NCBI GenBank assembly: GCA_963740085.1
Contig: CAVUCU010000001.1
Location: forward strand, 256,001-320,000
DNA length: 64,000 bases
Source of the DNA: Nitrospirota bacterium
GTDB taxonomy: Bacteria > Nitrospirota > UBA9217
Reading direction: 5' to 3'
The position numbers were made by a program, and so were the translations under genes. The notes beneath the pieces were generated by a model. The model did not search any database, was not told where the DNA came from, and saw only the letters and a list, made by a program, of their open reading frames with translations. Within the stretch, counting starts at the first letter, position 1; every line of letters starts with the position of its first letter. Positions 19,669 through 30,300 of the stretch are shown in pieces.

Positions 19669-20718
19669 ATGCCATCCCTCGCGCTCATCAAAGACGACCG
19701 CTATTTGGAGCACAACCCCGGCGACGGCCATCCCGAGAGCCCGGACCGGCTGCGCGTGATCCACGAGCTCATTGACCGGGAATTCAGCGGCCTGCCGCTC
19801 ATCCCGCCCCGTCTCGCAACAGCGAGCGAGCTCGCCCTGGTGCACGACCCCATTTATATTCGAACCGTCGCGAATACCGAAGGGAGAATGCACTCCCGGC
19901 TCGATCCTGATACCGGTCTTTCCGCGCGGTCCTACGAGATCGCACGCCTTGCGGCCGGCGGCCTGCTCCAGGGAGTGGATGCCCTTCTCCAGACTCCGAA
20001 CTCCGAACTCCACGCTCCGAACTCTATCTTCGCCTTCGTCCGCCCCCCCGGTCACCATGCCGAGCCTGATCGCGGCATGGGTTTCTGCCTCTTCAACAAT
20101 GTGGCGATTGCCGCGGCGTACGCAAAGAAAAAATACGGATTGAGAAGGATCTTGATCGTGGACTGGGACCTGCATCACGGCAACGGCACTCAGCGCGCGT
20201 TCTATGACGATCCGAGTGTTCTTTTTTTCTCCTCCCACCAGTACCCGTACTATCCGGGCAGCGGCGGTTTCAGCGAGGCCGGGAACGGCAAGGGAGCGGG
20301 CTTCACGGTGAACGCGCCTTTCCCCAGGGGATTCGGCGACGCGGAGTACCTCTCTGTGTATTCTAAAATACTGGAACCCATCGCGCTCGAGTATCTGCCT
20401 GAACTTATCCTGGTATCCGCCGGTTTCGACCCCTTCGTGAAGGACCCGCTGGGAGGGATGAAAGTGACCGCGGAAGGCTTCGGCGCTCTCGCCGGACTGG
20501 TACAGGATATCGCGCGCCGGGCCTGTGACGGCAAGGTCCTGATCACGCTCGAAGGCGGGTACGATCCCGAAGGCCTGCGGGACGGGGTGCGTGCCGTTCT
20601 CCAAACCTTGCTCGGCCGGCCCGCCCCTAAGCCGGTGAACGCCCCGTCTGCAGACGTCGATGGAGTGATCGAGCGGATCGTCAGCGTACATAAAAAATAC
20701 TGGAAGTGCCTGAAATAA
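19669..20718 (+). CDS. Histone deacetylase family (class II-like) amidohydrolase
   Basis: HPESPDRL, RPPGHHA, GFCLFNN, DWDLHHGNGTQ, SAGFD, LEGGY. Confidence 0.95.
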   Translation: MPSLALIKDDRYLEHNPGDGHPESPDRLRVIHELIDREFSGLPLIPPRLATASELALVHDPIYIRTVANTEGRMHSRLDPDTGLSARSYEIARLAAGGLLQGVDALLQTPNSELHAPNSIFAFVRPPGHHAEPDRGMGFCLFNNVAIAAAYAKKKYGLRRILIVDWDLHHGNGTQRAFYDDPSVLFFSSHQYPYYPGSGGFSEAGNGKGAGFTVNAPFPRGFGDAEYLSVYSKILEPIALEYLPELILVSAGFDPFVKDPLGGMKVTAEGFGALAGLVQDIARRACDGKVLITLEGGYDPEGLRDGVRAVLQTLLGRPAPKPVNAPSADVDGVIERIVSVHKKYWKCLK

Positions 20719-20816
20719 CATCCCCGATCACACCGGAACACGACACCTGAAGATCCCCTCAGTGTATACCATACGTTTTGTTGACTTGAGTCTCTTTCTT
20801 CTGGTATTATAACCGC

Positions 20817-22007
20817 ATGGCATTTTTCACCTATAAAGCCGTGCGCGAAGACGGCACCTCGGTCATTGAGGAGGCCATGGCGGCGGATGCCGAGGAACTC
20901 AGAAAAGAGCTTGAGGGCCGTGGTTACCTGATACTGAGTCTTGAGAAAAAACGCCCGTCCCTGCAGCGCGGCCGCGGAAGCACGAAAAATTTCCTCATTT
21001 TCAACCAGGAGTTCTCCACGCTCATAAAGGCGGGGCTGCCCATCCTTCAGGCGATCGAACTATTGCACAAGCGGACGGAACACTCGGGGTTCCGGATCAC
21101 CCTCGAGAGCCTCATCCACGACATCAAGGGCGGGTTGGCGCTCTCGGACGCCATGGCCCGGCACCCGGCATACTTCTCTCCCCTTTACACCTCCACGGTG
21201 CGAGCGGGCGAAAAAAGCGGCGCACTCGTCGAAGTGCTGAAACGCTTCATCGCGTATCAGAAGAGAATGATCGCCGTGCTGAGCAAGTTGAAGATGGCGC
21301 TTGCCTATCCGATCTTTCTGGTCATCGCGCTGATAGCGGTTCTCCTGCTCTTCTTCCTCTATATCATCCCGAACTTCACTCAGATGTACAGCGACCAGGC
21401 CGGTTCGCTCCCCTTTTTGACCTCGATGCTCGTGGCATTCACTTCAGCGCTTACCCGCTACGCGCCGTTTCTCTTTGTCGGTCTCCTGGGCGCGGGTGCC
21501 GGAATATACCTCTGGCAGAAGACGGACAAGGGCAAAGAGACGATCGACGGCCTGAAGCTCAAAATACCGTTTGTCAGGTCGCTCATGGTGCAGTACCTGC
21601 TCGCGCAGATCACGCGGACCCTCGCCACGGTGCTCCGGGGCGGTATCCCGCTGGTGCAGGCCCTCGACACCACCGCCGGGGTGATCAGCAACAGGGTCAT
21701 GGCGCGGCAATTGGCGGAGTCCAGGGCGCTCGTAACCGAGGGCGTGAGCCTTGCTGATGCGTTCGAGCGCACCAAACTCGCGCCGGATATGACCATCCGC
21801 ATGATCACCGTGGGAGAGTCGTCGGGAGATCTTCCGCAGATGCTTGAGGACGTGGCGGACTTCTACGACCAGGAGGTCGAGAACAGACTGACGGTGCTCA
21901 CTACCATGATCGAGCCGGTGTTGATGCTGACTATGGGGCTTGTGATGGCGGTCATCGTGGTGGCTCTTTACCTCCCGATATTCGAAATGGGGGCGCGACT
22001 CAAATGA
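20817..22007 (+). CDS. Type II/IV secretion system F-family platform protein (GspF/PilC)
   Basis: Two T2SSF repeats, GEKSG/GESSG, AYP, IEP...LYLPIF. Confidence 0.92.
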   Translation: MAFFTYKAVREDGTSVIEEAMAADAEELRKELEGRGYLILSLEKKRPSLQRGRGSTKNFLIFNQEFSTLIKAGLPILQAIELLHKRTEHSGFRITLESLIHDIKGGLALSDAMARHPAYFSPLYTSTVRAGEKSGALVEVLKRFIAYQKRMIAVLSKLKMALAYPIFLVIALIAVLLLFFLYIIPNFTQMYSDQAGSLPFLTSMLVAFTSALTRYAPFLFVGLLGAGAGIYLWQKTDKGKETIDGLKLKIPFVRSLMVQYLLAQITRTLATVLRGGIPLVQALDTTAGVISNRVMARQLAESRALVTEGVSLADAFERTKLAPDMTIRMITVGESSGDLPQMLEDVADFYDQEVENRLTVLTTMIEPVLMLTMGLVMAVIVVALYLPIFEMGARLK

Positions 22008-23728
22008 CATCGTCCAGAAGAAAACGGATCTGCGAGATCATTGTGGCGAAGGGCGTGGTGACCCAGGAGCGGATCAACGAGATCCTGCTCAGGGCTGACG
22101 GTCGCCAGAAGCGCATTGGCGAGCGTTTGATGAACGAAGGTCTGATCACCGAAGAGGTCCTGGCCCAGGCGCTGGCGGAGCAGCGAGACCTGCGCTACAC
22201 CGACCTCATGGACTTCCGCGTCACGCCGAAGTTCTTTGAGACCATCCCCGTGGAGCTGATGCAACGCTATCAGTTCATCCCGATTGAAGTGGCCGATGAA
22301 ACGCTCATCGTTGCCATGAGCGATCCCAACAACCTTCCTGCAATTGACGAGCTCGAAATGATCCTGAACCGGCAGATCGAGATCCGCGTGAGCACACCCT
22401 CGGCCATTCAGGCCGTCCTGAAGCGAAGCGGCAGCTCGGAGCAGGTGATGCACGCGGTCTCCGAGGATTTCAAGCTCCACATCGTCAAGGAACAGGAGAA
22501 CGGCGAGGGAGAGGAGGTCCTGTCGATCGAGAGCATTGACAAGGACGAGAGCCCGATCATCAAGCTCATGCATACGACCATCTTCGACGCCATCCAGCGC
22601 CGGGCGAGCGACATCCACATCGAATCCACGGACAAGAATGTTCTGATAAAATATCGCATCGACGGCGTGCTCTATCCCGCGACCGAGCCCATCGACATCA
22701 AGTTCCACAGCGCCATGGTTTCCCGCATCAAGGTCATGAGCGACCTCGATATCGCCGAGCGCCGGGTGCCGCAGGACGGCAGGTTCAAGCTCCGTACAGG
22801 CGGCAAGACGATAGATTTTCGCGTTTCGATCCTGCCCTCCGCCTTCGGGGAGGACGTTGTCATCCGTATCCTTGACAAGGAGTCCATCGCCGCCGGGGTC
22901 AACACGCTCCGGCTCGACAGCCTCGGGTTCGACGAAGACGACCTGCGCAGGTTCCGGAAAAGCATCCGGGAGCCCTACGGCATGGTTCTCGTTACCGGAC
23001 CGACCGGGAGCGGCAAGACCACGACCCTGTACGCCGCCCTGACGGAGATCAATACCGGCGAGGACAAGTTCATCACCATCGAGGACCCGGTTGAGTACCA
23101 GCTCGGGGGTGTCGTGCAGATCCCGGTGAACGAGAAAAAAGGCCTCACCTTCGCGCGCGGGCTCCGCTCCATTCTCCGGCACGACCCGGACAAGATCATG
23201 GTCGGCGAGATACGCGACGCCGAGACCGGCCAGATCGCGGTGCAGTCAGCCCTCACCGGGCACCTGGTCTTCACCACCGTGCATGCGAACAACGCCTTCG
23301 ACGTGCTCGGCCGCTTCCTGAACATGGGCATCGAACCCTACAACTTTGTTTCATCGCTCAACTGCATCCTGGCGCAGCGGCTCGTGAGGATCCTCTGCCC
23401 CCGGTGCAAAAAACCGGTCAGGCTCTCCCGAAAAGAGTTCGAGGAATCAGCGCTGGACTACGAAAAGCACAGGGACCGGCCGTTCTTTGATGCCGCGGGA
23501 TGCAAGGAATGCAATTACTCCGGATTCCGGGGCAGGCAGGCCATCACGGAATTCCTCGACCTCTCCGACCACGTCAGGGAAATGATCCTCAATAAACGTC
23601 CGTCGTCGGAGATTAGAAAGGCCGCCATGGCGGAAGGCATGACCAGTCTCCGCCAGTCAGCCATCTTAAAGATCCTTGCCGGTACGACGACCTTGAAGGA
23701 GATCAACCGGGTAACGTTTATAGAATAG
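22004..23728 (+). CDS. Type II/IV secretion assembly ATPase (GspE/PilB)
   Basis: ASDIHIE, GPTGSGKTTTLY, TIEDPVE, DPDKIMVGEIRD, tetra-Cys Zn site. Confidence 0.95.
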   Translation: MTSSRRKRICEIIVAKGVVTQERINEILLRADGRQKRIGERLMNEGLITEEVLAQALAEQRDLRYTDLMDFRVTPKFFETIPVELMQRYQFIPIEVADETLIVAMSDPNNLPAIDELEMILNRQIEIRVSTPSAIQAVLKRSGSSEQVMHAVSEDFKLHIVKEQENGEGEEVLSIESIDKDESPIIKLMHTTIFDAIQRRASDIHIESTDKNVLIKYRIDGVLYPATEPIDIKFHSAMVSRIKVMSDLDIAERRVPQDGRFKLRTGGKTIDFRVSILPSAFGEDVVIRILDKESIAAGVNTLRLDSLGFDEDDLRRFRKSIREPYGMVLVTGPTGSGKTTTLYAALTEINTGEDKFITIEDPVEYQLGGVVQIPVNEKKGLTFARGLRSILRHDPDKIMVGEIRDAETGQIAVQSALTGHLVFTTVHANNAFDVLGRFLNMGIEPYNFVSSLNCILAQRLVRILCPRCKKPVRLSRKEFEESALDYEKHRDRPFFDAAGCKECNYSGFRGRQAITEFLDLSDHVREMILNKRPSSEIRKAAMAEGMTSLRQSAILKILAGTTTLKEINRVTFIE

Positions 23729-23737
23729 AAGATTCGA

Positions 23738-25093
23738 ATGACTACGTTTCTCTTAAAAAATAAGATCATTCTTGTATCCCCGGTGCTGCTTTGTCTCTTC
23801 ATGGTTCCCGTCTCACCGCTCAGTGCCGCTCCGTCTGCTGCCAATGCCTCCCCCTCCCTGATGCTGATCGGAGACCTCAACGAGACGCCCCAAACAGCTA
23901 TTGTCTGTAATCCCCTGGTGATCAAGTACGACGTTAAGAACGCTGGCACGGTCCCCGTGCCATCAGGTAAACTCGAGATCGAGATCAAGGCAGCAGATTC
24001 AGGCCAGTCGGTCTTTGCACGGAATCTCCCCCTCACCGCGGACGTCGGTTCGGTCACGATCGAACAGGTGACCTTTCCCCAAGGCGCCTATACAATTCTC
24101 CTGAAGGCAGCGGTCATGACCCAGGAGCACGGGATCGGCCCCGAGTTCACGCTCGCCGAACAGGAGCTGACAGTGTCCGCCCCGATCGTGGTAATAAAAA
24201 GCAGCGACGCAATCCCCCGCGTCCTTCTCTGGATCGACCGGAACGATACCGCGGTGCAGCAGGCATTTGCCGCGAAGATCGTGAAGCAGGCATTTGAAGG
24301 AGACGACGTGTATTACGGGACCGTGGACTCGGAGGAGGATTTCACGGACCGGGCGATGAGCGGGGAATTCAATACGCTCGTGCTGTTCGAAACCGATGTA
24401 CTTCCCGAACGGACTGACTGGCTGATGGACCGCATCTCACGCGGCCAAGGGCTGGTGATCATCGGATCTGAAGACAGGACCAGAATGATCGCGGAGATCT
24501 TCGGCTTCAGGTTCAGAGAGGCGCCGCCCGCAGCGGGCACGATGCTCCTGCTTACCGATAAATCGGGGATGGGGCTCTCGGGCACGATCGCGGTAAGCGG
24601 ACGGCTCCTGCAGCCTCAGAAGAAAAGCGCGAAGGTAGCGGCCCTGTTTGCCGGAGACAAAAAGCCTGCAATGCTCATTGATGAGGTTGGGAAGGGACAG
24701 GTGATCGTGATGCCCTTTTCCTTCACTCGCTCGGCGCTTGATACGGGGTCGACCTCGATTTACAGCCTGTTGCTCCGCACCGCCGTCCGTATCGCTGCGC
24801 CGGAGAACGGCGAACAGACCGGCGTATCCTCGATAGAGCTTCTCGTTTCAGCGCCCTCGGGTCCGATAAGGACACGCATCGTTGAAACGTTGCCCCCGGA
24901 GACCAGGGTCATCTGGATGAACGCCAGGGGGATTGAGCAGAACAATACCATACTCTACGATCTGTCCGCAGACAAAGAACCGAAGAAACTCCTCTCCCTG
25001 TATCGGATTCCGGCCGGCAGCAACACCCCGGCCTTCACGGACGTGTTCTTCGAATGCAACGGGAAGCTCATGAGACAGGGAAAGATAGAATGA
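23738..25093 (+). CDS. Exported hypothetical protein (Ig/CARDB-like N-part, flavodoxin/GATase-like C-part)
   Basis: Signal peptide; VKNAGTVP Ig-like motif; GQGLVIIG and GKGQVIV motifs. Confidence 0.6.
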   Translation: MTTFLLKNKIILVSPVLLCLFMVPVSPLSAAPSAANASPSLMLIGDLNETPQTAIVCNPLVIKYDVKNAGTVPVPSGKLEIEIKAADSGQSVFARNLPLTADVGSVTIEQVTFPQGAYTILLKAAVMTQEHGIGPEFTLAEQELTVSAPIVVIKSSDAIPRVLLWIDRNDTAVQQAFAAKIVKQAFEGDDVYYGTVDSEEDFTDRAMSGEFNTLVLFETDVLPERTDWLMDRISRGQGLVIIGSEDRTRMIAEIFGFRFREAPPAAGTMLLLTDKSGMGLSGTIAVSGRLLQPQKKSAKVAALFAGDKKPAMLIDEVGKGQVIVMPFSFTRSALDTGSTSIYSLLLRTAVRIAAPENGEQTGVSSIELLVSAPSGPIRTRIVETLPPETRVIWMNARGIEQNNTILYDLSADKEPKKLLSLYRIPAGSNTPAFTDVFFECNGKLMRQGKIE

Positions 25094-25761
25094 ACACGCA
25101 TATGGCAAAGAGCATCGGGCACAGGAAAACGCGTTGCGCCCGAGGACCCGCCCCCGGTTTCGCCTACATCGCGCTGCTCGTGGCGATCATCATCATCGGG
25201 ATCAGTCTTGGCGCGGCAGGTAAATACTGGAGCAACGTGGTGCTCCGGGACAAGGAGGCAGAGCTGATCTTTCGGGGTGAACAGTACCGGCAGGCCATCG
25301 ATCAGTATTATTATGCCCTTCCCGGCAGACAACAGTATCCCGAGAGCATCGACGAACTGCTCCACGACAGCCGGTCCCCGGAAGGCAGGCGTCATCTGCG
25401 CCAAAAATATAAAGACCCGATCACCGGTGAAGATTTCGTGGAAATAAGAGATCCCCTCACCAGACGCATCGTCGGCGTGCGAAGCTCCAGCGACAAAGAG
25501 CCCCTCAAACAGGCGAATTTTCCGGCAACGGTTCGGGTTCCCAACTCGGCAGGCGCCTATCCTTATCCGGCATATGTATCTCCAAATGATGCGCAATCAG
25601 ATGATGCCGGTTCAGGCGGGGCTAAATACAGTGATTGGTTGTTTTATACCGCTATCACGCCGACGCGGCAACTGAATATCCCCGGTCAACCGGTTATCCC
25701 CGGTCAACCGGTTATCCCTGGTCAACCGGTTATCCCTGGTTTTCTTCCGCCACAAAAATAA
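25090..25761 (+). CDS. Pseudopilin-like type II secretion protein
   Basis: Prepilin site G|FAYIALLVAIIIIG; YP.S..ELL, HLRQKYKDPIT; C-terminal IPGQPV repeats. Confidence 0.8.
   Translation: MNTHMAKSIGHRKTRCARGPAPGFAYIALLVAIIIIGISLGAAGKYWSNVVLRDKEAELIFRGEQYRQAIDQYYYALPGRQQYPESIDELLHDSRSPEGRRHLRQKYKDPITGEDFVEIRDPLTRRIVGVRSSSDKEPLKQANFPATVRVPNSAGAYPYPAYVSPNDAQSDDAGSGGAKYSDWLFYTAITPTRQLNIPGQPVIPGQPVIPGQPVIPGFLPPQK
25678..25740 (+). repeat. In-frame 18-bp tandem repeat (IPGQPV) x3.5
   Basis: ATCCC(C/T)GGTCAACCGGTT units. Confidence 0.9.
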
Positions 25762-25807
25762 TTTTTTCCTGCCCCGAAAAACCGTGTTGCCCTCATTCCG
25801 CGAAATA

Positions 25808-26566
25808 TCATAGATCGCCTGTCATCGAATACCATCTTAAGCTGAGATGTTCCGCCAGAGCAAGAGAAGACGTATCCAAATTGCCTTCAGAAGGAATAAA
25901 TGAATAAAGCGTAAGCTGTCTCTGTTCGTTCCTGAACCCAGCCGGGGCCGGTACCACATCAAGGCCCTGCTTCCGGAACAATGCAACCGATCGTTTCATG
26001 TGATATGCGGAGGTCACCAGAATGATACGGCTTCCATCGAGCATTGCCTTTACTGCCCGTGCGCTCTCCAGGGTATTTCGGGACTTATTTTCAATAAGCA
26101 TATCCTTTTCCGGAATACCAAGGTCCACTGCTGTCCGTGCCATGGCCTCCGCATCAGACAGATGCGTTTGAGCAGGCTCGCCGGATCCCCCGCTGAGCAG
26201 GACAGGGATATGAAGCGCACGGTACAGTTTGACGGCTTCGACCACGCGCTGAATCGAGGCTGCACCCGGCTCCGGCCCGAGTCCGAGCCAGGAACGATCG
26301 CGGACCCCGCCGCCGAGCACCACAATGACGTCGGCATTCACAAACTTCAGGTTCACGGGCAGGAAGCCCCTCTCCAGGGGCGCGATCAGTGCGGAGGCCA
26401 CGGGGCTGATGCTCAATCCGTATAACAAAAGAAAACCAGCGGCGATGAATAAGCGGCCGAGATTACGACGAAAGCGGACCAGCAGGAACCCGAACAGCAT
26501 CAGGATCAGAATGCCCGCCGGAGGCAGGATAAGACGCTGCAGTATTTTTAGAAACTTAAACCCCAC
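25808..26566 (-). CDS. YdcF/ElyC (DUF218) family protein
   Basis: IVVLGGG, LSGG, SRNTLESA, LVTSAYHMKRS. Confidence 0.9.
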   Translation of the reverse strand: MGFKFLKILQRLILPPAGILILMLFGFLLVRFRRNLGRLFIAAGFLLLYGLSISPVASALIAPLERGFLPVNLKFVNADVIVVLGGGVRDRSWLGLGPEPGAASIQRVVEAVKLYRALHIPVLLSGGSGEPAQTHLSDAEAMARTAVDLGIPEKDMLIENKSRNTLESARAVKAMLDGSRIILVTSAYHMKRSVALFRKQGLDVVPAPAGFRNEQRQLTLYSFIPSEGNLDTSSLALAEHLSLRWYSMTGDL

Positions 26567-26590
26567 GAGTTCCTGTCCTTTCTATTTTAT

Positions 26591-29158
26591 TCATGACTTG
26601 CCTAAAGCGGACTGACCGTGACGAGCGCTCATGGCCTTCAGGACCTCGAACCACAGTACGCTCACTACGCCTGCGGTAACGCAAATGAAGATATCGAGCG
26701 GATGGAGGACCGAGAACCGGAAAAGGTCCCGAAGCACCGGAACGTATAATGCCAGACTCAGGATCACGACCGCACCGCCGGTGACCCACCAGAGCGAGGC
26801 ATTCGGCGAACGCAGCGTGGCGAGGACAGTGCGCGACCAGGAGCGGTTCACAAAGATCAGTCCCAGGTTGGCGATGATGAGCGTGGTAAAGGTCAGTGCC
26901 CGGGAGTCCGCCTCGCTTTGGCCGCGTTTGAGCGAAATTACGTACACCAGCAAGAGCATAGCAAGCACGCTCATACCCTGAAGCAGGCTCAGGAAAATGG
27001 TCCGTTTACCGAACAACGGAGCATCGGGCCGGCGCGGAGGACGGGTCATCACGTCCGCTTCCTCGGGTTCGGCCTCGAACACCACGGAACACGCCGGATC
27101 GATGATGAGCTCAAGGAACACGATGTGCACGGGCAAGAGCACGAGCGGCCACGTGAACAACACCGGTATGAGCGACATGCCCGCGATCGGCACATGCACG
27201 GCGAAGATGTAGGCAACGGCCTTCTTGAGATTGTCGAAGATCCTGCGTCCCACGCGCACGGCCTGCACGACGGACGAAAAATCGTCGTCGAGCAGCACGA
27301 GCGCAGAGGCCTCACGCGCCACATCCGTACCGCGTCCTCCCATGGCAATGCCGATGTGCGCGGACTTGAGCGCAGGCGCATCGTTCACCCCGTCACCGGT
27401 CATGGCCACTACCTCGCCGACGGCCTTGAGCGCGTTCACGATCCTGAGCTTCTGCTCGGGAACGACACGGGCGAAAATGTTCACGGTCCGGATACGGTCC
27501 CGAAGCCGCTCCTCGTCCATACCGTCGAGCTCCGGCCCGGTGATGATCTGATCGATGTCCTGAAGACCGATCTGACCCGCGATGTTCGCGGCCGTTCCCG
27601 GGTAATCGCCCGTTATCATCACGATCCGGATGCCCGCAGTATGACATTCCCTGACCGCCTCGGCCACGCCGGGCCGTACGGGATCGGCAAGACCCACGAG
27701 CCCCACGAACTCGAAGGTGAAGTCGTGCTGTTCTCCGGGAAGGTCGGTGACCGAGAAATAGGCCTTGGCCACGCCGAGGATGCGCAAACCTTCATTCGCC
27801 ATGATCTCGATGGCGCTGGAGATCTCCTGCTTCCGGGATGCGTCGCAATGGCACAGGTCCGCGACCGCCTCGGGAGATCCCTTGGCCGCGATCACATACT
27901 CATTGCTCTTGGGGGACTTCCAGACATGGGACAGCGCGAGCAGGCTGTTCGATAAGGGATATTCCCGGATGAGCGTCCAGTCGTCATGGAGATGTTCGGT
28001 GCGGGCAAGATAATGAATGCCCAGCTCCTTGAACGCTTTTTCCATTGGATCGAACGGGTCCCTCTGACTTGCCAGGATGCTGAACTCTACCGCCTCATGG
28101 AAGTGCTCGGGGATGGACTTTTCAATGAGATAATCCACATCGTAGAAAGCGCCGCGTGAGTATATGGTCTTGACCGACATCCGGTTCTGTGTGATCGTCC
28201 CGGTCTTGTCCACGCAGATCACCGTGGCCGCCCCCAGCGTCTCTACAGCCGGTACACGGCGGGTGAGCACGCGCTTTTGGGAGATGCGCCAGGCGCCCAG
28301 GGCGAGGAAGATCGTGAGCACGACGGGAAATTCCTCGGGCAACAAGGCCATGGCGAGTGTGATCCCGGCGAGGAATCCGTTCAGCCAGTTGCCTCTCGTG
28401 AACCCGTACACGATGACCACAAGCGCGCACATGAAGAGTCCGATGAACGCCAGATTGCGAACGATCTTTCCGGTCTCCTTCTGAAGCGGCGTTTCCTCGA
28501 TCTCAACGCTCTGGAGCGCCTTTCCGATCTTGCCCATCTCGGTATTCACTCCAACAGCCAATACCGTTGCGATCCCCTGCCCTTTGACCACGAGCGTTCC
28601 GGAATATACAAAGGGCAGATCGTCACCACCTGGACGGGCCATCGCGGGTATCTCGTCGCACGAGGTCTTGCGGACCGATACGGATTCTCCGGTCAAGAGC
28701 GCTTCGTCGAGCGAGAGATTGGTGCAGGACAGGACCGCGGCATCGGCAGGCACGCGGTCGCCTTCGTTCAGAACGATGACGTCTCCCCTCGCCACCTCTC
28801 GACCGGCAATGCGTTTTTGCCTGCCATCCCGGATGACCAGGGCGCGCGGGCTCGACAGGTCACGCAGCGCTTCAAGGGCACGTTCTGTCTTTCGCTCCTG
28901 GTAAAGGGTGATTCCCACGACCGCGAATACGAAGCCGAGCAGCATGATCGCTTCCCGCACGTCGCCGAGTATGAGATAGATCGTCCCGCAGGCAACGAGG
29001 AGCAGGAACATGGGCTCGCGAACCACATCGAAGGCGATGGCAAAGATGCTGCGCTGCTTTGATGAAGGCAGTTCGTTGAATCCCTCGCGCCTGAGCCGTT
29101 CTGCCGCTTCCTGCTCAGAAAGGCCCGTGATTGCATTGATATCGAAGAGCGTGATCAA
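26591..29158 (-). CDS. Cation-transporting P-type ATPase (P2A, Ca2+-like)
   Basis: LTGES, PEEFP, DKTGT, TGD, TGDGVNDAPAL. Start estimated at TTG 29158; the ORF extends to 29344. Confidence 0.92.
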   Translation of the reverse strand: MITLFDINAITGLSEQEAAERLRREGFNELPSSKQRSIFAIAFDVVREPMFLLLVACGTIYLILGDVREAIMLLGFVFAVVGITLYQERKTERALEALRDLSSPRALVIRDGRQKRIAGREVARGDVIVLNEGDRVPADAAVLSCTNLSLDEALLTGESVSVRKTSCDEIPAMARPGGDDLPFVYSGTLVVKGQGIATVLAVGVNTEMGKIGKALQSVEIEETPLQKETGKIVRNLAFIGLFMCALVVIVYGFTRGNWLNGFLAGITLAMALLPEEFPVVLTIFLALGAWRISQKRVLTRRVPAVETLGAATVICVDKTGTITQNRMSVKTIYSRGAFYDVDYLIEKSIPEHFHEAVEFSILASQRDPFDPMEKAFKELGIHYLARTEHLHDDWTLIREYPLSNSLLALSHVWKSPKSNEYVIAAKGSPEAVADLCHCDASRKQEISSAIEIMANEGLRILGVAKAYFSVTDLPGEQHDFTFEFVGLVGLADPVRPGVAEAVRECHTAGIRIVMITGDYPGTAANIAGQIGLQDIDQIITGPELDGMDEERLRDRIRTVNIFARVVPEQKLRIVNALKAVGEVVAMTGDGVNDAPALKSAHIGIAMGGRGTDVAREASALVLLDDDFSSVVQAVRVGRRIFDNLKKAVAYIFAVHVPIAGMSLIPVLFTWPLVLLPVHIVFLELIIDPACSVVFEAEPEEADVMTRPPRRPDAPLFGKRTIFLSLLQGMSVLAMLLLVYVISLKRGQSEADSRALTFTTLIIANLGLIFVNRSWSRTVLATLRSPNASLWWVTGGAVVILSLALYVPVLRDLFRFSVLHPLDIFICVTAGVVSVLWFEVLKAMSARHGQSALGKS

Positions 29159-29414
29159 ATGAGGTTCCTTCGTGGAAATGGAGATTTTTTTTTGTTCAAA
29201 GTATACCGAAACCCCGCTGGATTGAAAAGGTAATTCTGCGGCATTCCTTTCAGGAAATGCTGGCCGCCGGATGCTGGTCAAGATTTGCTGTTGGAAACAT
29301 GCTTTTTGTGATATAGTTGCCCGGTAGCGGGGTCCCAACAACATGGTTGCTCAATCCGCTTTATTTTTGTATAATATCCTTTCGATCTTAAAACCCTTAT
29401 GAACGGAGGGCGTT

Positions 29415-29909
29415 ATGTCTATTGACCATGATGATGGCAAGCATATAAAATCCACAATAGGATTCGAGATGCTTGTCCGAGATGTGATGACCAAAGGGGT
29501 CATCTCTATTTCTAAATATGAACCCGTCATAAAGGTTGCGGACATCTTGAACGAGAAGAACATAAGCGGTCTTCCGGTCGTGGATAAGAATTACCGGGTG
29601 ATCGGCATTATAACTCAAGCCGACATTCTCTCCATGATCGGCGTGAGCAGAGAGCATACGTTCAAGGACCTGTTAAAACACATACTGGGAGAAACGCTGC
29701 CTGAACGCCGGATGGGAGACCATGTCGGAGACATTATGACGTCCCCTGCTCTCACCATAAAGCCTGATGCGAATATTGCCGAAGCGGTGCGGATCATGGA
29801 CGAAAAAAAGATCAGAAGACTGACCGTCGCGGATGAAAATGAAACTCTCATCGGGATCATTACGAGGGCCGATATTCTGAAGGCTGTCATCAACAAAATA
29901 AGGTCTTAG
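29415..29909 (+). CDS. CBS-pair domain protein
   Basis: VRDVMT...SGLPVVD...GIITQADI; IMT...IRRL...GIITRADI. Confidence 0.9.
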   Translation: MSIDHDDGKHIKSTIGFEMLVRDVMTKGVISISKYEPVIKVADILNEKNISGLPVVDKNYRVIGIITQADILSMIGVSREHTFKDLLKHILGETLPERRMGDHVGDIMTSPALTIKPDANIAEAVRIMDEKKIRRLTVADENETLIGIITRADILKAVINKIRS

Positions 29910-29950
29910 TCAGTTACAAATCAAATTCTTCTATAAATGGCAAGGAATTT

Positions 29951-30051
29951 AACCGCTAAGGCGCAAAGGTCGCGAAGGAAGGCAAAAGTTTTCTAATTGT
30001 TTAAAACTAAGAACAAAAGGTTTTCTTGGCGTTCCTCGCGTCTTCGCGGTT
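29951..30051. repeat. Empty GxxExxY-type inverted-repeat element
   Basis: AACCGCTAAGGCGCAAAGGTCGCGAAG, AT-rich spacer, CTTGGCGTTCCTCGCGTCTTCGCGGTT. Confidence 0.75.
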
Positions 30052-30081
30052 CCAATTGAGCGCCAGTTTGTCCAGGTTAAG

Positions 30082-30300
30082 ATGATTGAATATATTGCCA
30101 AAATGCCATGGGGACTCGTCATCTTCGCCTGTCTGACCCTCGGGCTCGCCCCCTTTTCTCCGCCTCATATCTGGGAAAAGCTCCAGATGCTGGTGAAAGG
30201 CCAGCTGGTGAGGCCCATAGACTGGTTCGATTTCTTGATGCACGGAACACCCTGGGTGTTGCTTGTTCTGAAAGGCATTTTGTCATTGATGAAGAAATAA
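30082..30300 (+). CDS. Small membrane protein
   Basis: LGLAPF.PPHIWEKL..L..G.L.RPIDWFD..MHG.P conserved-looking motif. Confidence 0.75.
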   Translation: MIEYIAKMPWGLVIFACLTLGLAPFSPPHIWEKLQMLVKGQLVRPIDWFDFLMHGTPWVLLVLKGILSLMKK

